64,000 nt of DNA, from contig JAVTWO010000081.1 of NCBI GenBank assembly GCA_032229765.1, positions 1-64,000 of the forward strand, given 5' to 3'. Origin of the DNA: Phycisphaerales bacterium. GTDB lineage: Bacteria > Planctomycetota > Phycisphaerae > Phycisphaerales > UBA1924. A model generated the notes under the pieces. It made no database searches and was not told the origin of the DNA. It saw nothing but the letters and a program-made list of their open reading frames with translations. Shown one piece after another: positions 29,626 through 39,170 of this stretch (positions are counted from its first letter, which is position 1; the number at the start of each line of letters is the position of its first letter). The translations under genes were made by a program, and so were the position numbers.

Positions 29626-30771
29626 TCAGCGGGGCATGGGCGGGGGCGGGGGCGGGTTGGGCGTCAGCAGTGCGGCGACCTCGGGCACGCTCGACGCGCT
29701 TGCCCACGCGGGCATGCCCTGTGTCCAGACGAGCGTCTGCGCGTTGATCGACCCGCTGCGGATGAGGCTCGAGAGTGAGTTGAGATCGAACGGGCCGGAT
29801 TGTTGCCCGTTGATGCCCACGAAATACGCCGGTGCGTTGGGCATGGGCGGGGGCACGGCGGCGCCGCCGCCGGGTGCGCCGGTGGGGTTGACGCCCGAAT
29901 ATGTGCCGTCGCCGCGGGGGTTGGCGACTTGTGCGCCGAGATTCTGCGCCATGACGAAGCCCATGCCCATCCCCATGCCCTGACCGGCGGCACCGGGGTT
30001 CTTCGCCGCGGCTTCCATCGCGTTGGCGGACTGGAACTGCGAGTAGGCGTTGAGGTTCCCGATGATCCCCATGCTGGAGCGTTTATCGAGGGCGGCTTCG
30101 ACCTCGGGCGGCAGGCTGATGTTCTCGACGAGGAGCTTCATCAGTTGCAAGCCGTAGCCCGTGAACTCCGGGCGGATGATGTTGGCGATGAGGTCGCCCA
30201 GCTCGGACTGATTACCGGCGAGATCGAGCATGGGGATCTTGCTCTCGCCCAGCGTGTCGGAGAATCGCGAGACGATGATGTTGCGGAGCTGCTCGTGGAT
30301 GCCGTCGACGGTGAAGCGGCCGTTGGTGCCGGCGATCGCGCGGACGAACGCGGCGGGGTCGCTGACCTTCATGGCGTAGGTGCCGAAGGCGCGCAGGCGC
30401 ACGGGCCCGAACTCCGGATCGCGGCGCATGATGGGGTTCATCGTCCCCCACTTCAGGTCCGTGAACTGGCGCATCGAGACGAAGTAGACCTCGGCCTTGA
30501 AGGGCGATTCAAACCCGTACTTCCAACCCTTCAGGGTCGAAAGGATCGGCATGTTCGCGGTCGTCAGCGTGTGCGTCCCGGGCGGATAAACATCCGCGAT
30601 CTGCCCCTCATTGACAAAGACCGCGGCCTGGCTCTCACGCACGACGAGCTTGGCGCCGTTCTTGATCTCGTTGTTGTACCGCTCAAAGCGGTGCACGAGC
30701 GTGTCGCCCGATTCGTCGAGGAACTCGATGATGTCGATCAGTTCGCCGGTGAGTTTCTTCCAGAGGCTCAT
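29626..30771 (-). CDS. SPFH/Band-7 (YdjI-like) protein with Pro-rich C-terminus and GYF-like/DUF4339 domain
   Basis: The N-terminal SPFH core (LVVRESQAAVFVNEGQIADVYPPGTHTLTT...FGTYAMKVSDP) is followed by a G/A-rich linker, a YFVGINGQQSGPFDLNSLSSLIRSGSINAQTLVWTQGMPAW module, and a poly-Pro end. Confidence 0.7.
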   Translation of the reverse strand: MSLWKKLTGELIDIIEFLDESGDTLVHRFERYNNEIKNGAKLVVRESQAAVFVNEGQIADVYPPGTHTLTTANMPILSTLKGWKYGFESPFKAEVYFVSMRQFTDLKWGTMNPIMRRDPEFGPVRLRAFGTYAMKVSDPAAFVRAIAGTNGRFTVDGIHEQLRNIIVSRFSDTLGESKIPMLDLAGNQSELGDLIANIIRPEFTGYGLQLMKLLVENISLPPEVEAALDKRSSMGIIGNLNAYSQFQSANAMEAAAKNPGAAGQGMGMGMGFVMAQNLGAQVANPRGDGTYSGVNPTGAPGGGAAVPPPMPNAPAYFVGINGQQSGPFDLNSLSSLIRSGSINAQTLVWTQGMPAWASASSVPEVAALLTPNPPPPPPMPR

Positions 30772-30801
30772 GGGACGATCTCCAGGGATGGGTGACGGCG
30801 C

Positions 30802-31560
30802 GTGAAATCACGAACCGACCCGGAGAATGGTATTCGGAAGTGGGCGGGGGCGGTTTCGGGTGGAGTTTGGCGTTGCAACGAGGGACCGACGTTGTGCGTA
30901 TGGGCAGGGGTGAGCAAACCGGGGCCGAGCACGCGATTGCAGGTTTTGCTGGTCGTTGCGGCGACCTTGGCGATGGTCTTTTCGATCACGCTGGGCCCGG
31001 TGCTGTACACGATCAACTCGCCAAGGCTTCGGGGTCACTGGACCGAGTTGGCTATTGCCGCCTCGTCCGATTGTGTGACGCCCGATGGTCGGGCGGTGGC
31101 GGTGCGCACGCGCGGGACGGCGGCGGTTGCGCGGGTATCGAGCGCGGGTGCGGCGAGTTATGAGCCGTCGTACGGCGCGGTGCAGATCGACGCGCCGCCG
31201 TGGTGGGCGGAGGTTTCCACCCAGCCCGGACGCTCCGTCACCACCACCGCCTGCGGCTGGCCTATGAAGTCGCTGCGTCGCGTCGCCGGTTCGGACGATG
31301 TGCTGCTGCTCGGGGCACTCTTCAACTCGGTGTGCTTATTTCCGGTCACGCTGGCGATCTGCTGGTTTGCTTGGTGGATCGGCGCGTTCGCGTTGAAGAC
31401 GGCGCGGGTGCTGATCAAGGGCAAGTACGCTTCACAGCCCGACGCCTGTCAGGCGTGCGGGTACGACTTGGCCTCGTTGCCACATGGGTGCGTGTGTCCG
31501 GAGTGTGGGAAGCGGCGCGACGTTCCATCATCGCACGGCACTGTGCGAGCGTCAGGCTGA
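30802..31560 (+). CDS. hypothetical membrane protein with C-terminal zinc ribbon
   Basis: Predicted TM helices and C-terminal CQACGYD...CVCPECG. The true start is possibly the internal GTG at ~30911. Confidence 0.35.
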   Translation: MKSRTDPENGIRKWAGAVSGGVWRCNEGPTLCVWAGVSKPGPSTRLQVLLVVAATLAMVFSITLGPVLYTINSPRLRGHWTELAIAASSDCVTPDGRAVAVRTRGTAAVARVSSAGAASYEPSYGAVQIDAPPWWAEVSTQPGRSVTTTACGWPMKSLRRVAGSDDVLLLGALFNSVCLFPVTLAICWFAWWIGAFALKTARVLIKGKYASQPDACQACGYDLASLPHGCVCPECGKRRDVPSSHGTVRASG

Positions 31561-31568
31561 AAGCCCGT

Positions 31569-32735
31569 TCATCGACGCCTTCCCGAATGTGCAACGAAGC
31601 CGAATGCGAACAGAATGACCGCTGTTTGCGGTGTGGGAATCGGCGCGAGTAGGTAGTTGTAGTAAAGCTCGCTGGAAGTCGTTGTTCCGTTGACCGAGAG
31701 AACTCGATAGCCGGGGAGCGGCGATCGAAGCAAGGTCGGCTCAATCATCGACGATCCACCGTCGACCGAGCTGTTCCAATGCCAGAACCGGCCTTCGAAG
31801 TCGATACCAAACGCAGTTGCATTGGCCGTGAATATCGAACGTATCGCCGGAAGACCACCGACCAGAGTCGGAGTTATCGCAAAGTTGTTCCCGAGTTGCC
31901 AGCCCCAGAAAAACACTTGACCGGCGGAATCAAGCGCGAGCGAGAACTGTGCACCCGCAGCGATCGAGACAATGTTGCTCAGGCCCGGAACAACCAGTGG
32001 CGTCGGCCTCTGCGGAGACCACCCGATCGAACCGATCCCGAGTTGTCCGCTGTTGTTCGCGCCCCACGCCCGAACAGTTCCATCTACCAGAAGCGCGAGC
32101 GAATGTCGGTTGCTGGCCGCGACCGAAACGACATTGCTCAGTGTCGGAATCGTCGTGGGCTGTTGTTCGATCGTGACTTCACCGAGTCCAAGTTGCCCGT
32201 TGAAGTTCATCCCCCACGCGATCACGGTGCCGTTCGACTGCAGAGCAAGGTTGTGACCGTACCCCGAGGCTGTTGAGACTGTTTGCGAGCCGACAATGCT
32301 CACCCCGGGCGTGTAACGGCTGGCGTAGTCACCCGAGGCCAACTCACCGTAGTTGTTCCCGCCCCAAGCCCATACTCGATTATCTACCGTGTTTACGACG
32401 ATGCCAAAGTTGTTCGCACCGACCGAGCGAGAAGAACCAGGAGGCATCAACGTGGTCAACGAGTTCGGTCCGATCCCGTCCTGTCCGGTAACAAGCCGGT
32501 TCCCGTAGTAGTCGCCCCACACGCCGACACTTCCGTCAGCTCGCAACGCCACCACAAACCTGGCCATCCCCACAATCGAGACAATCTCAGAGTTTGCTCC
32601 GGACTGAATCGTGGTCCCTTCAGCGCCGAGACTACCGTTCGTGCGATAGATGATGTTCTGACCCGCAACCTCGGCCGTACCAATCATCACGAACGTACAC
32701 AACGCGATGACCGCACAACGGCAACTCAATCTCAT
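31569..32735 (-). CDS. secreted RCC1-repeat (beta-propeller) protein with PEP-CTERM-like C-terminal anchor
   Basis: Signal peptide, repeated RCC1-like blocks (WGxNxxGQLG x several), and a C-terminal ...PIPTPQTAVILFAFGFVAHSGRRR. Confidence 0.65.
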   Translation of the reverse strand: MRLSCRCAVIALCTFVMIGTAEVAGQNIIYRTNGSLGAEGTTIQSGANSEIVSIVGMARFVVALRADGSVGVWGDYYGNRLVTGQDGIGPNSLTTLMPPGSSRSVGANNFGIVVNTVDNRVWAWGGNNYGELASGDYASRYTPGVSIVGSQTVSTASGYGHNLALQSNGTVIAWGMNFNGQLGLGEVTIEQQPTTIPTLSNVVSVAASNRHSLALLVDGTVRAWGANNSGQLGIGSIGWSPQRPTPLVVPGLSNIVSIAAGAQFSLALDSAGQVFFWGWQLGNNFAITPTLVGGLPAIRSIFTANATAFGIDFEGRFWHWNSSVDGGSSMIEPTLLRSPLPGYRVLSVNGTTTSSELYYNYLLAPIPTPQTAVILFAFGFVAHSGRRR

Positions 32736-32864
32736 GTGACCGATCCCTCCAGAAGCGTACAGCACTTCGCTTCGCTTATGCGGAAGAACATCGGCAACCG
32801 AGTCTTCTGAACATCAACCAGCGCCGTCGATTGAACAAAAACACCCTCGCGAACAAAGCAACCC

Positions 32865-34703
32865 TCACCGCCCGGGCGAGGTCCGCCGGCGCACGCGCTT
32901 CGGGCCGCCGCGGCTTTTGGGTTTCCGCGTCGGGTCTTTGTATACCGGGCGGTTTCGGCCTTTGCCGATGACCTCCGGCTCTTTCTTCGTCGGCGTCGCC
33001 TCCGCGTCGTCGTCGAACATCGCCTCGATCTCGTCGGCCGAGAACGTGTCCGGCGCCGCCGCGGGCATCAGTTCGCCCTCGTCGGAATCAAAGCCCTCCG
33101 TGCCCAGCGGCATCACCTGCGTCAGCTCGCCCGATTCCAGCTCGCTCTGCAGGCGGCTCTCGGCGTTCGCATCGAACTCTTCGTCCTGCTTGCGCCCGCG
33201 GATGAGCAGCTTGATCGGCACCTCGGGGAAGGGCAACTCCTCTCGGAAACGGTTGAGCAAAAACCGCTGGTAGTTCGCCGTGAACAGCTCGGGCTTGTTC
33301 ACCACGCACACGATCGTCGGCGGGCTCGTCCGCACCTGCGCCACGTACATGACCTTCGCGAAGGTGCCCAGCTTGTTCGCGGGCCCTTGGCGATCAAGGA
33401 TGCCGCGGACGAGACGGTTCAGCTTGCCCGTCGTGGTGCGCTCGCGAGACTGGTTCATCAGCTCGAAGGCCAGCGCGATGGTGTTCTTCACGTTCAGGCC
33501 GCTCTTGGCGCTGACGAACGAGATCGGCGCGAACCACAGGCCCTTCAGCTCGCCGCGGATGTATTCCTCGTACGCCTCGGTGCTGACGACGTTGCCGCGC
33601 TTGGCCTTACGCCCGCGCCCGCCCGACATCACGCGCCCCTGCGCCAAGTCCCACTTGTTCACCACGATCACGCACGGCTTGTACGACCGCGCGATGAACT
33701 GCGCCACGTGCTCATCGACCTGGCTGATCGGCTCGGTGGCGTCGATCAGCAGCACCGCCACATCGCACCGCTCAACCGCGAGCTTCATGCGGTCCAGCGC
33801 GTACCACTCGATGCGGTCCTGGAACGATTTTTTCTTCCGCAGACCCGCGGTGTCGATCGCGACGAACGACTTGCCGTCCATCTCGAAGCGCACGTCCACC
33901 GCGTCGCGCGTGGTGCCGGCGATCTCGCTGACGATCATCCGCTCTTCACCCGCGAGGGTGTTCACCAGCGTGCTCTTGCCCGCGTTGCGCTTGCCGACGA
34001 TCGCCAGCATCATCTCCGCGTGGCGCACCTCGTCCTGATGCTCGCGCACCGCGGCCGCCGCGGCCTTCTTCGCACGCCCCTTCTTCGCCTTCTTATCCCC
34101 CTCAAGCTGCGCCTCGCGCTGCGAACGCACTTTGGCAAACAGCGTCTCGACAAGCTCACGCCGGCGGTAGTTGTTCTTCGCGCTGACCATCAGCGGCTCA
34201 CCGAAGCCCATGCCGCTGGCCTCGAGCGCGTGCGCTTCCCAGCGCGGCCCGTCGACCTTGTTGGCGATGACGAGGACCTTGCTGCCCGCGCTGCCCGCCT
34301 CGTGCCCCATGCCGCCTTCGCGCAGGAGCTTGGCGATCTCTTCGTCCTGAGCCGTCACGCCCGCCTGCGCGTCGATGACGAACAGGATCAGGTCGGCGGT
34401 CTTCACCGCCTTGCCGATCTGCTTCTCGATGTCGTCGGTCAGGGCGGCGAGGTCCTTGCCCGCGTTATCGATCCGCCGACCCTCGGCCGTATACACGCCG
34501 TAGCCACCGGTGTCGATGATCTCGACCTTCTCAAACCCGTCGCGCGGGTCGGGCCCTTCCAGATCGACGATGGCCATCACGCGGTCACGCGTCACGCCCG
34601 GGGTCGGATCGACGATCGACACCCGGCGCGAGGCGATCATGTTGATGAGGGAGGACTTGCCGACGTTCGGTCGGCCCACAATGGCTAGACGGGGAAGTGT
34701 CAC
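32865..34703 (-). CDS. der: ribosome-biogenesis GTPase Der (EngA) with long acidic/basic C-terminal extension
   Basis: Two tandem GTPase domains (GRPNVGKSSL and GKRNAGKSTL P-loops) and a KH-like domain. It also has a ~110-aa extra tail. Confidence 0.9.
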   Translation of the reverse strand: MTLPRLAIVGRPNVGKSSLINMIASRRVSIVDPTPGVTRDRVMAIVDLEGPDPRDGFEKVEIIDTGGYGVYTAEGRRIDNAGKDLAALTDDIEKQIGKAVKTADLILFVIDAQAGVTAQDEEIAKLLREGGMGHEAGSAGSKVLVIANKVDGPRWEAHALEASGMGFGEPLMVSAKNNYRRRELVETLFAKVRSQREAQLEGDKKAKKGRAKKAAAAAVREHQDEVRHAEMMLAIVGKRNAGKSTLVNTLAGEERMIVSEIAGTTRDAVDVRFEMDGKSFVAIDTAGLRKKKSFQDRIEWYALDRMKLAVERCDVAVLLIDATEPISQVDEHVAQFIARSYKPCVIVVNKWDLAQGRVMSGGRGRKAKRGNVVSTEAYEEYIRGELKGLWFAPISFVSAKSGLNVKNTIALAFELMNQSRERTTTGKLNRLVRGILDRQGPANKLGTFAKVMYVAQVRTSPPTIVCVVNKPELFTANYQRFLLNRFREELPFPEVPIKLLIRGRKQDEEFDANAESRLQSELESGELTQVMPLGTEGFDSDEGELMPAAAPDTFSADEIEAMFDDDAEATPTKKEPEVIGKGRNRPVYKDPTRKPKSRGGPKRVRRRTSPGR

Positions 34704-34930
34704 GGTGGAGGGTAGGTGCAGCCCCCGCGAAAGGCGTTACCCGAACCGAACAGCGGGCGAAAGACTTTTCACCGCTGTTGTCAAGACCCACAAAGCCAAG
34801 ATTCGTTGAAGATATACTGGTTAAAGCCTTTGCGCGCGGTTCGGACGCAGGCCGGGTGCTTGCGTGCCGCCGCCTTGACAAAGACCGCTCGGTTTGGATT
34901 CAGGGCGAAGGGTGGTTTCGGAGCTGCTCG

Positions 34931-35560
34931 ATGGACGTGCTGACAACCCAGGAAATGGCCCTTCGCCTCGGCGCCGCGTTGGCTTTGGGGGCGCTGGTCG
35001 GGCTTGAGCGTGAGCGCAAGCACAGACCGGCCGGGTTCCGCACGATGATTCTCATCAGCCTGGGCTCCGCGGGGTACGTGCTGCTGGGGATGCAGTCTGT
35101 CGCGATGCTCGCGGGACCGGGAAATGCCGCTTTGCCGCCGGGCGTCCCGCACCCGGGGCAGGCAGAAATCTCGCGCGTGCTGCAGGGGCTCATCGGCGGG
35201 ATCGGTTTCCTCGGCGCCGGCGCGGTGATTCAGAACAAACGCGCCGTGCGGGGCATCACCACCGCCGCCGCCGTGTGGGTCACCGCCGCCACCGGTGCGG
35301 CCTGCGGCATGGGGCTCTATTCACTCGCGGTGCTGCTCGCCATCGCCTCGCTCTTCACGCTCGTGGTCCTCGAAATGGTCGAAGACCGCTACTTCCCCGA
35401 TCCCGACGACGGTGCCTTCGACAAAGGCCCGGGCAAGAAGGACAAGAACGGCAGCGGCTCGCAGAATCACGCCCGACGAGAGGGCGACCGCGACAGTGAC
35501 CCATCCGACCCGCGCGACGACGCCGGCGACGGCGCCGCACGAATGCGCGGCGAGGGATAA
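34931..35560 (+). CDS. MgtC/SapB family membrane protein
   Basis: The MgtC N-terminal signature ALRLGAALALGALVGLERE... and multiple TM helices. The start is set at MDVLTTQE. Confidence 0.75.
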   Translation: MDVLTTQEMALRLGAALALGALVGLERERKHRPAGFRTMILISLGSAGYVLLGMQSVAMLAGPGNAALPPGVPHPGQAEISRVLQGLIGGIGFLGAGAVIQNKRAVRGITTAAAVWVTAATGAACGMGLYSLAVLLAIASLFTLVVLEMVEDRYFPDPDDGAFDKGPGKKDKNGSGSQNHARREGDRDSDPSDPRDDAGDGAARMRGEG

Positions 35561-35602
35561 GCCGCTTTCTCGCGGCCTCTTGATGCGATCACGTTTTCGA
35601 TC

Positions 35603-36034
35603 TCACCGCCCGCCCGGCGTCGCGCCCGGCATCGGCGGCTGGTTCGTCCGTGGCGTGTTCCCCCGCGCCTGCGTGAAGAGCGCCTTCAGCCCCAGACGGC
35701 TCTTGAACTCCACCGCCCGCTGGTTCTGCACGCGGTAGACCAGCATCTCTTCGCGACGCTGATCCAGCACCACCAGCACCTCGTCGCTCGAGCCCGCTTC
35801 GACCGTCAGCAGCGAAGTCTCCGACGCGCCGCCCTGGTTCACCGCCTGCGCGTACGCGGCTTGCCCGAGCTCGGCCAAAGCCGATTGATCGCTCGCGAGG
35901 CGGTTGATCAGCAGCGCCGAGATCAGCATCGCACAGGCAATCAAAGCCAACGTGCCGCCGCTGGTTTGGCGAGCGTTTTCATTCCGGTTCGCGTTCTCAT
36001 TCCCGTTCACGTTCTGATTTTGGTTCACGTTCAT
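35603..36034 (-). CDS. small single-pass membrane protein (N/Q-rich N-terminus), paralog of next gene
   Basis: MNVNQNQN..., a TM helix, and a ~60-aa domain (LLTVEAGSSDEVLVVLDQRREEMLVYRV...EFK) similar to the domain of the 36040-36336 gene. Confidence 0.4.
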   Translation of the reverse strand: MNVNQNQNVNGNENANRNENARQTSGGTLALIACAMLISALLINRLASDQSALAELGQAAYAQAVNQGGASETSLLTVEAGSSDEVLVVLDQRREEMLVYRVQNQRAVEFKSRLGLKALFTQARGNTPRTNQPPMPGATPGGR

Positions 36035-36039
36035 CACCC

Positions 36040-36336
36040 TCACCGCCCCTTCCCGCCTGAGGCGACGTCGTTGACCAGATCTCGGAACCCCACCACCTCG
36101 AAGGTGCCGGTTCCTTTGTCCCACCGCAGCGCCAGCAGCTCTTCGTTCGCGGTGTCGGCGATGTACAGCACGCCCGTCGACAGGCCCTGCGCCTTCGCGG
36201 GCACGGCCACATACTGCCCGCGCCCACGCTGCGGCTGATTGCCCGCCGCCGCCTGCCCACGCGTCATCGACGCCAACGCCAACGCGGCCAGCAAGGCCAT
36301 GTTGACCGCCACCAGCACCCGCTGAGACTTGGTCAT
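36040..36336 (-). CDS. small single-pass membrane protein, paralog of previous
   Basis: TM helix plus VLYIADTANEELLALRWDKGTGTFEVVGF. The start is set at MTKSQ. Confidence 0.4.
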   Translation of the reverse strand: MTKSQRVLVAVNMALLAALALASMTRGQAAAGNQPQRGRGQYVAVPAKAQGLSTGVLYIADTANEELLALRWDKGTGTFEVVGFRDLVNDVASGGKGR

Positions 36337-36429
36337 ACCGCCACTCCTGTGTTTGTCCTTGTCAATCGATCGCCACGCCGCCCACACGCACCGCCCCGTC
36401 AAACACCCCGCCCCACGATCGTCAGGGCA

Positions 36430-36708
36430 TCAATCCTGGTGCCCGCGCTTGGTGGGCACGAGGTTCGCGCAGATCACCAACACCGCGCACCCGAGCATCC
36501 CCAAGATCGTCAGGAAATCCACGCCTTCATCCGCGGCACGGAAGTTCAACGCCGGTGGTTCCAGCCGCGCTGCCGCCGGGTTCGGAACGTCGTTCCCCAG
36601 CGACTGCGCCGAGGCCTTGGGCTGCGTCAGCACCATCCCCGCGGAGAGCACCAGCACCGCAACAGCGGTCTTCACGAACGACTTGAACATCGGCTGCGAA
36701 CGGGCCAT
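36430..36708 (-). CDS. small secreted/membrane-anchored protein
   Basis: Signal peptide MFKSFVKTAVAVLVLSAGMVLTQPKASA, a C-terminal TM helix, and a basic tail. Confidence 0.35.
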   Translation of the reverse strand: MARSQPMFKSFVKTAVAVLVLSAGMVLTQPKASAQSLGNDVPNPAAARLEPPALNFRAADEGVDFLTILGMLGCAVLVICANLVPTKRGHQD

Positions 36709-36764
36709 GCGATCATCTCCAAAGCGCCCCGGAGCGGTCGAAAACCCGCCCGCAGGGAGAACGA

Positions 36765-37436
36765 TCATACCACAGGGCGGGCCAACGTGGGCGCGTGGAC
36801 CCAGGCCTCGGCAAAGGGCTGGCTGAGCCGTTCAAAGTCCGATCGGCTCAGGTCCACCGTCCGCCAACGCGGGCTCCGCGTCCGCATCGCCCCCGCGTAC
36901 GCATCGATCGTGATCGCCCGCAACGCGTACCACCGCCCTTGAAACTCCATGATCTCCTGAAACAACCCGTCCGGCGGCATCTCATCGCACCAATAGACAA
37001 ACACAATCGCCCCCGTAAACCCCTCGCCGAAGAGCTGCTGCCAGGATCGCAGCGACTCCACATCGTCCTCCGTCGCCCACGATTCCAAACGACCGGCCTG
37101 CGCCTTGATCGGTTTCACGCCCCCGCCCACAGACTCAGATCCGAAGATCCCGCCGGTGGTGGAGTCGGCCCGCTCGCTTCCACCGGCCTTCCGCGCAACC
37201 TTCCGACCCTTGATCTCCAGCAGGAAGTTCCCCGATTGGCCGTAGACCACGAAGTCAAAGGACTTGATCGCTCGGCCCTCAGCAGGATCCGCCGACGCAC
37301 CCTCCGTCCGCACGCGCAGCGAAGCCTCCGGCGGCAGAAGGGCCTTCTTCGCCTCATCGACCGCGACGTACGGAATCCGCCGCTGACGCAGGAACGCCTC
37401 GAAAGCCCGCTCGTAATGGTGACGACGTTGAGCCAT
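36765..37436 (-). CDS. PD-(D/E)xK nuclease-fold hypothetical protein
   Basis: E...FDFVVYGQSGNFLLEIKGRK matches the D-x(n)-E-x-K restriction-endonuclease-like core. It is the first gene of a 4-gene minus-strand operon divergent from ssrA. Confidence 0.45.
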   Translation of the reverse strand: MAQRRHHYERAFEAFLRQRRIPYVAVDEAKKALLPPEASLRVRTEGASADPAEGRAIKSFDFVVYGQSGNFLLEIKGRKVARKAGGSERADSTTGGIFGSESVGGGVKPIKAQAGRLESWATEDDVESLRSWQQLFGEGFTGAIVFVYWCDEMPPDGLFQEIMEFQGRWYALRAITIDAYAGAMRTRSPRWRTVDLSRSDFERLSQPFAEAWVHAPTLARPVV

Positions 37437-37637
37437 GGGAGAACCGAGCCGCGTGCGAAGAACCCCACCCGCGCGAGAACAGCATAGTGCCCGCGAGCAA
37501 CCGGCATTGTTCGCGGACGAGCCGCGAAACGACCCCGGGGGGAATGGTACGGAAATCGGCCTATCGCCCGCGCAAGGCCCCTATGATCAGCGGTTGAAAA
37601 CAGCCGGGCGACCGCGTTGGTTGCCTGGGCTGCACAC

Positions 37638-37985
37638 GGGGCCGATATGGTTTCGACCGAGCGTGTGACGTTTGGTGTGGCGCGTCGTGGAGCATGCAGG
37701 CCACGTAAAAAGCATGCAAAACAATAGTTGCCAATAACAACTACGCTCTCGCTGCCTAATATTAGGTAGCACGTTCCGGTTGGCTCGGCCCGTGGCCGAT
37801 CGGAGCGAAAACAACGGGCTGGCCTCTGCCTGGCGTCCCCGGGGAATGAGGCGAGATACACCGGGTACTAGGAACGGAGCAAGCCTGCCGCGGGCGTGCC
37901 CGGACCGAACGCAAATCACCGGCTACACGCGTAGAGATGCCAAGCCGACCGTCCCGGCACGGGGGTTCGATTCCCCCCGGCTCCA
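37638..37985 (+). ncRNA. ssrA: tmRNA (SsrA)
   Basis: 5' GGGGCCGAUAUGGUUUCGAC matches the tmRNA 5' consensus. The tag ORF is ...GCC AAT AAC AAC TAC GCT CTC GCT GCC TAA (ANNNYALAA*). The 3' T-arm is GGGGGTTCGATTCCCCC, followed by an acceptor strand CGGCTCC that pairs with the 5' GGGGCCG, then discriminator A. CCA is not encoded. Confidence 0.85.
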
Positions 37986-38031
37986 TTCCCGTTTCTCCCG
38001 CAACCCTCCCCCTTCGCTCCCACTCACTCCC

Positions 38032-39081
38032 TCACTTCCACAGCGCATCCACCATCGTCGAATACAGCGGGATCCCCGCCAAGATGTTGAACGGGAACGT
38101 CACCCCAAGCGACATCGACACATACACCCCCGGGTCGGCGCTGGGGACCGCCAGGCGCAGGGCCGCGGGCGCCGCGATGTACGACGCCGACGCCGCCAGA
38201 ACCGCCAGCAGCACCGCGTCCCCGTGCGAGACACCGATCACCTTGGCGCACACGATCGCCAGCCCCGCAAACGCCACCGGCGCCACCAGCGCGAAGATCG
38301 GCACGCCCACCGGCGTGCGCACGATCGCCGGCAACCGCCGCGCCGCCAGCACTCCCAGATCGAGCAAGAAGAACGCCAGCACGCCGGGGAAGACATCCGT
38401 GCACAAGGGCTTGAAGGCCTTGTACCCGTTCTGACCGGTCAATACGCCGATGATCAAACTCCCCAGCAGCACCACCACAGGCCCGTTCAGCAGTGCCTCG
38501 TGCAAAACCGCCCCCCACCCCGGCGCACGCGTGCGCACGCCCACCGTCACAGTCGACGCACCGCCCGCATCATTCAGTCCGCCGTGCTTGCGCTCGTGCA
38601 TGCGAAGGAGCCCCAGCGCCACGACGATCGCGGGCGCTTCCATCAGCGCCATCGTCGCCACCATGTGCCCGCCATACGCCAGCCCGCGCTGATCGAGCAC
38701 CGAGCACGCGGTCAGAAACGTCACCACGCTGACCGAGCCATAGCACGCCGACAACGCCGCGGCGTTCGCCGCATCCACCAGCCGCTTGCACACCACAAAC
38801 GCAACCACCGGCACAACCAGCGCCAGCGCCAACCCAAGCCCGATGGCCAACGCACCCTGCTGCGTCAAGCCGTGCGTTGCCAGTTCAACCCCGCCCTTGA
38901 ACCCGATCGCCCACAGCAAATACACCGACAGCATCCGCGTGACGGCCTTGGGGATCACGATCTTCGAGCCCGCCAGCGTCGCCGCCGCCCCCAGAAAGAA
39001 GAACAGCACCGGCGGGCTCACCGTCAACAACGCCGGCGCAATCTGATCCTCACTCACCGCGATCGTCATCGTCACTGCCAT
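38032..39081 (-). CDS. SbtA-like (DUF897) sodium-dependent bicarbonate transporter family permease
   Basis: ~10 TM helices with two-fold internal repeat architecture. The start is chosen at MAVTMTIAV. Family assignment is tentative. Confidence 0.45.
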   Translation of the reverse strand: MAVTMTIAVSEDQIAPALLTVSPPVLFFFLGAAATLAGSKIVIPKAVTRMLSVYLLWAIGFKGGVELATHGLTQQGALAIGLGLALALVVPVVAFVVCKRLVDAANAAALSACYGSVSVVTFLTACSVLDQRGLAYGGHMVATMALMEAPAIVVALGLLRMHERKHGGLNDAGGASTVTVGVRTRAPGWGAVLHEALLNGPVVVLLGSLIIGVLTGQNGYKAFKPLCTDVFPGVLAFFLLDLGVLAARRLPAIVRTPVGVPIFALVAPVAFAGLAIVCAKVIGVSHGDAVLLAVLAASASYIAAPAALRLAVPSADPGVYVSMSLGVTFPFNILAGIPLYSTMVDALWK

Positions 39082-39170
39082 GCGTGCACAGCGTACCGCG
39101 AAGCGCCACATTCCGCGCGGCGTTCACACCTTCCACCGCCACACGCACGCAGCCCGCTCCGAACGTTCAC

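Noticed and set aside
37115-37861. 248-aa ORF on minus strand
   Set aside because: It covers the tmRNA gene, whose RNA features (5' consensus, tag ORF, T-arm, acceptor pairing) are convincing. No protein homology.
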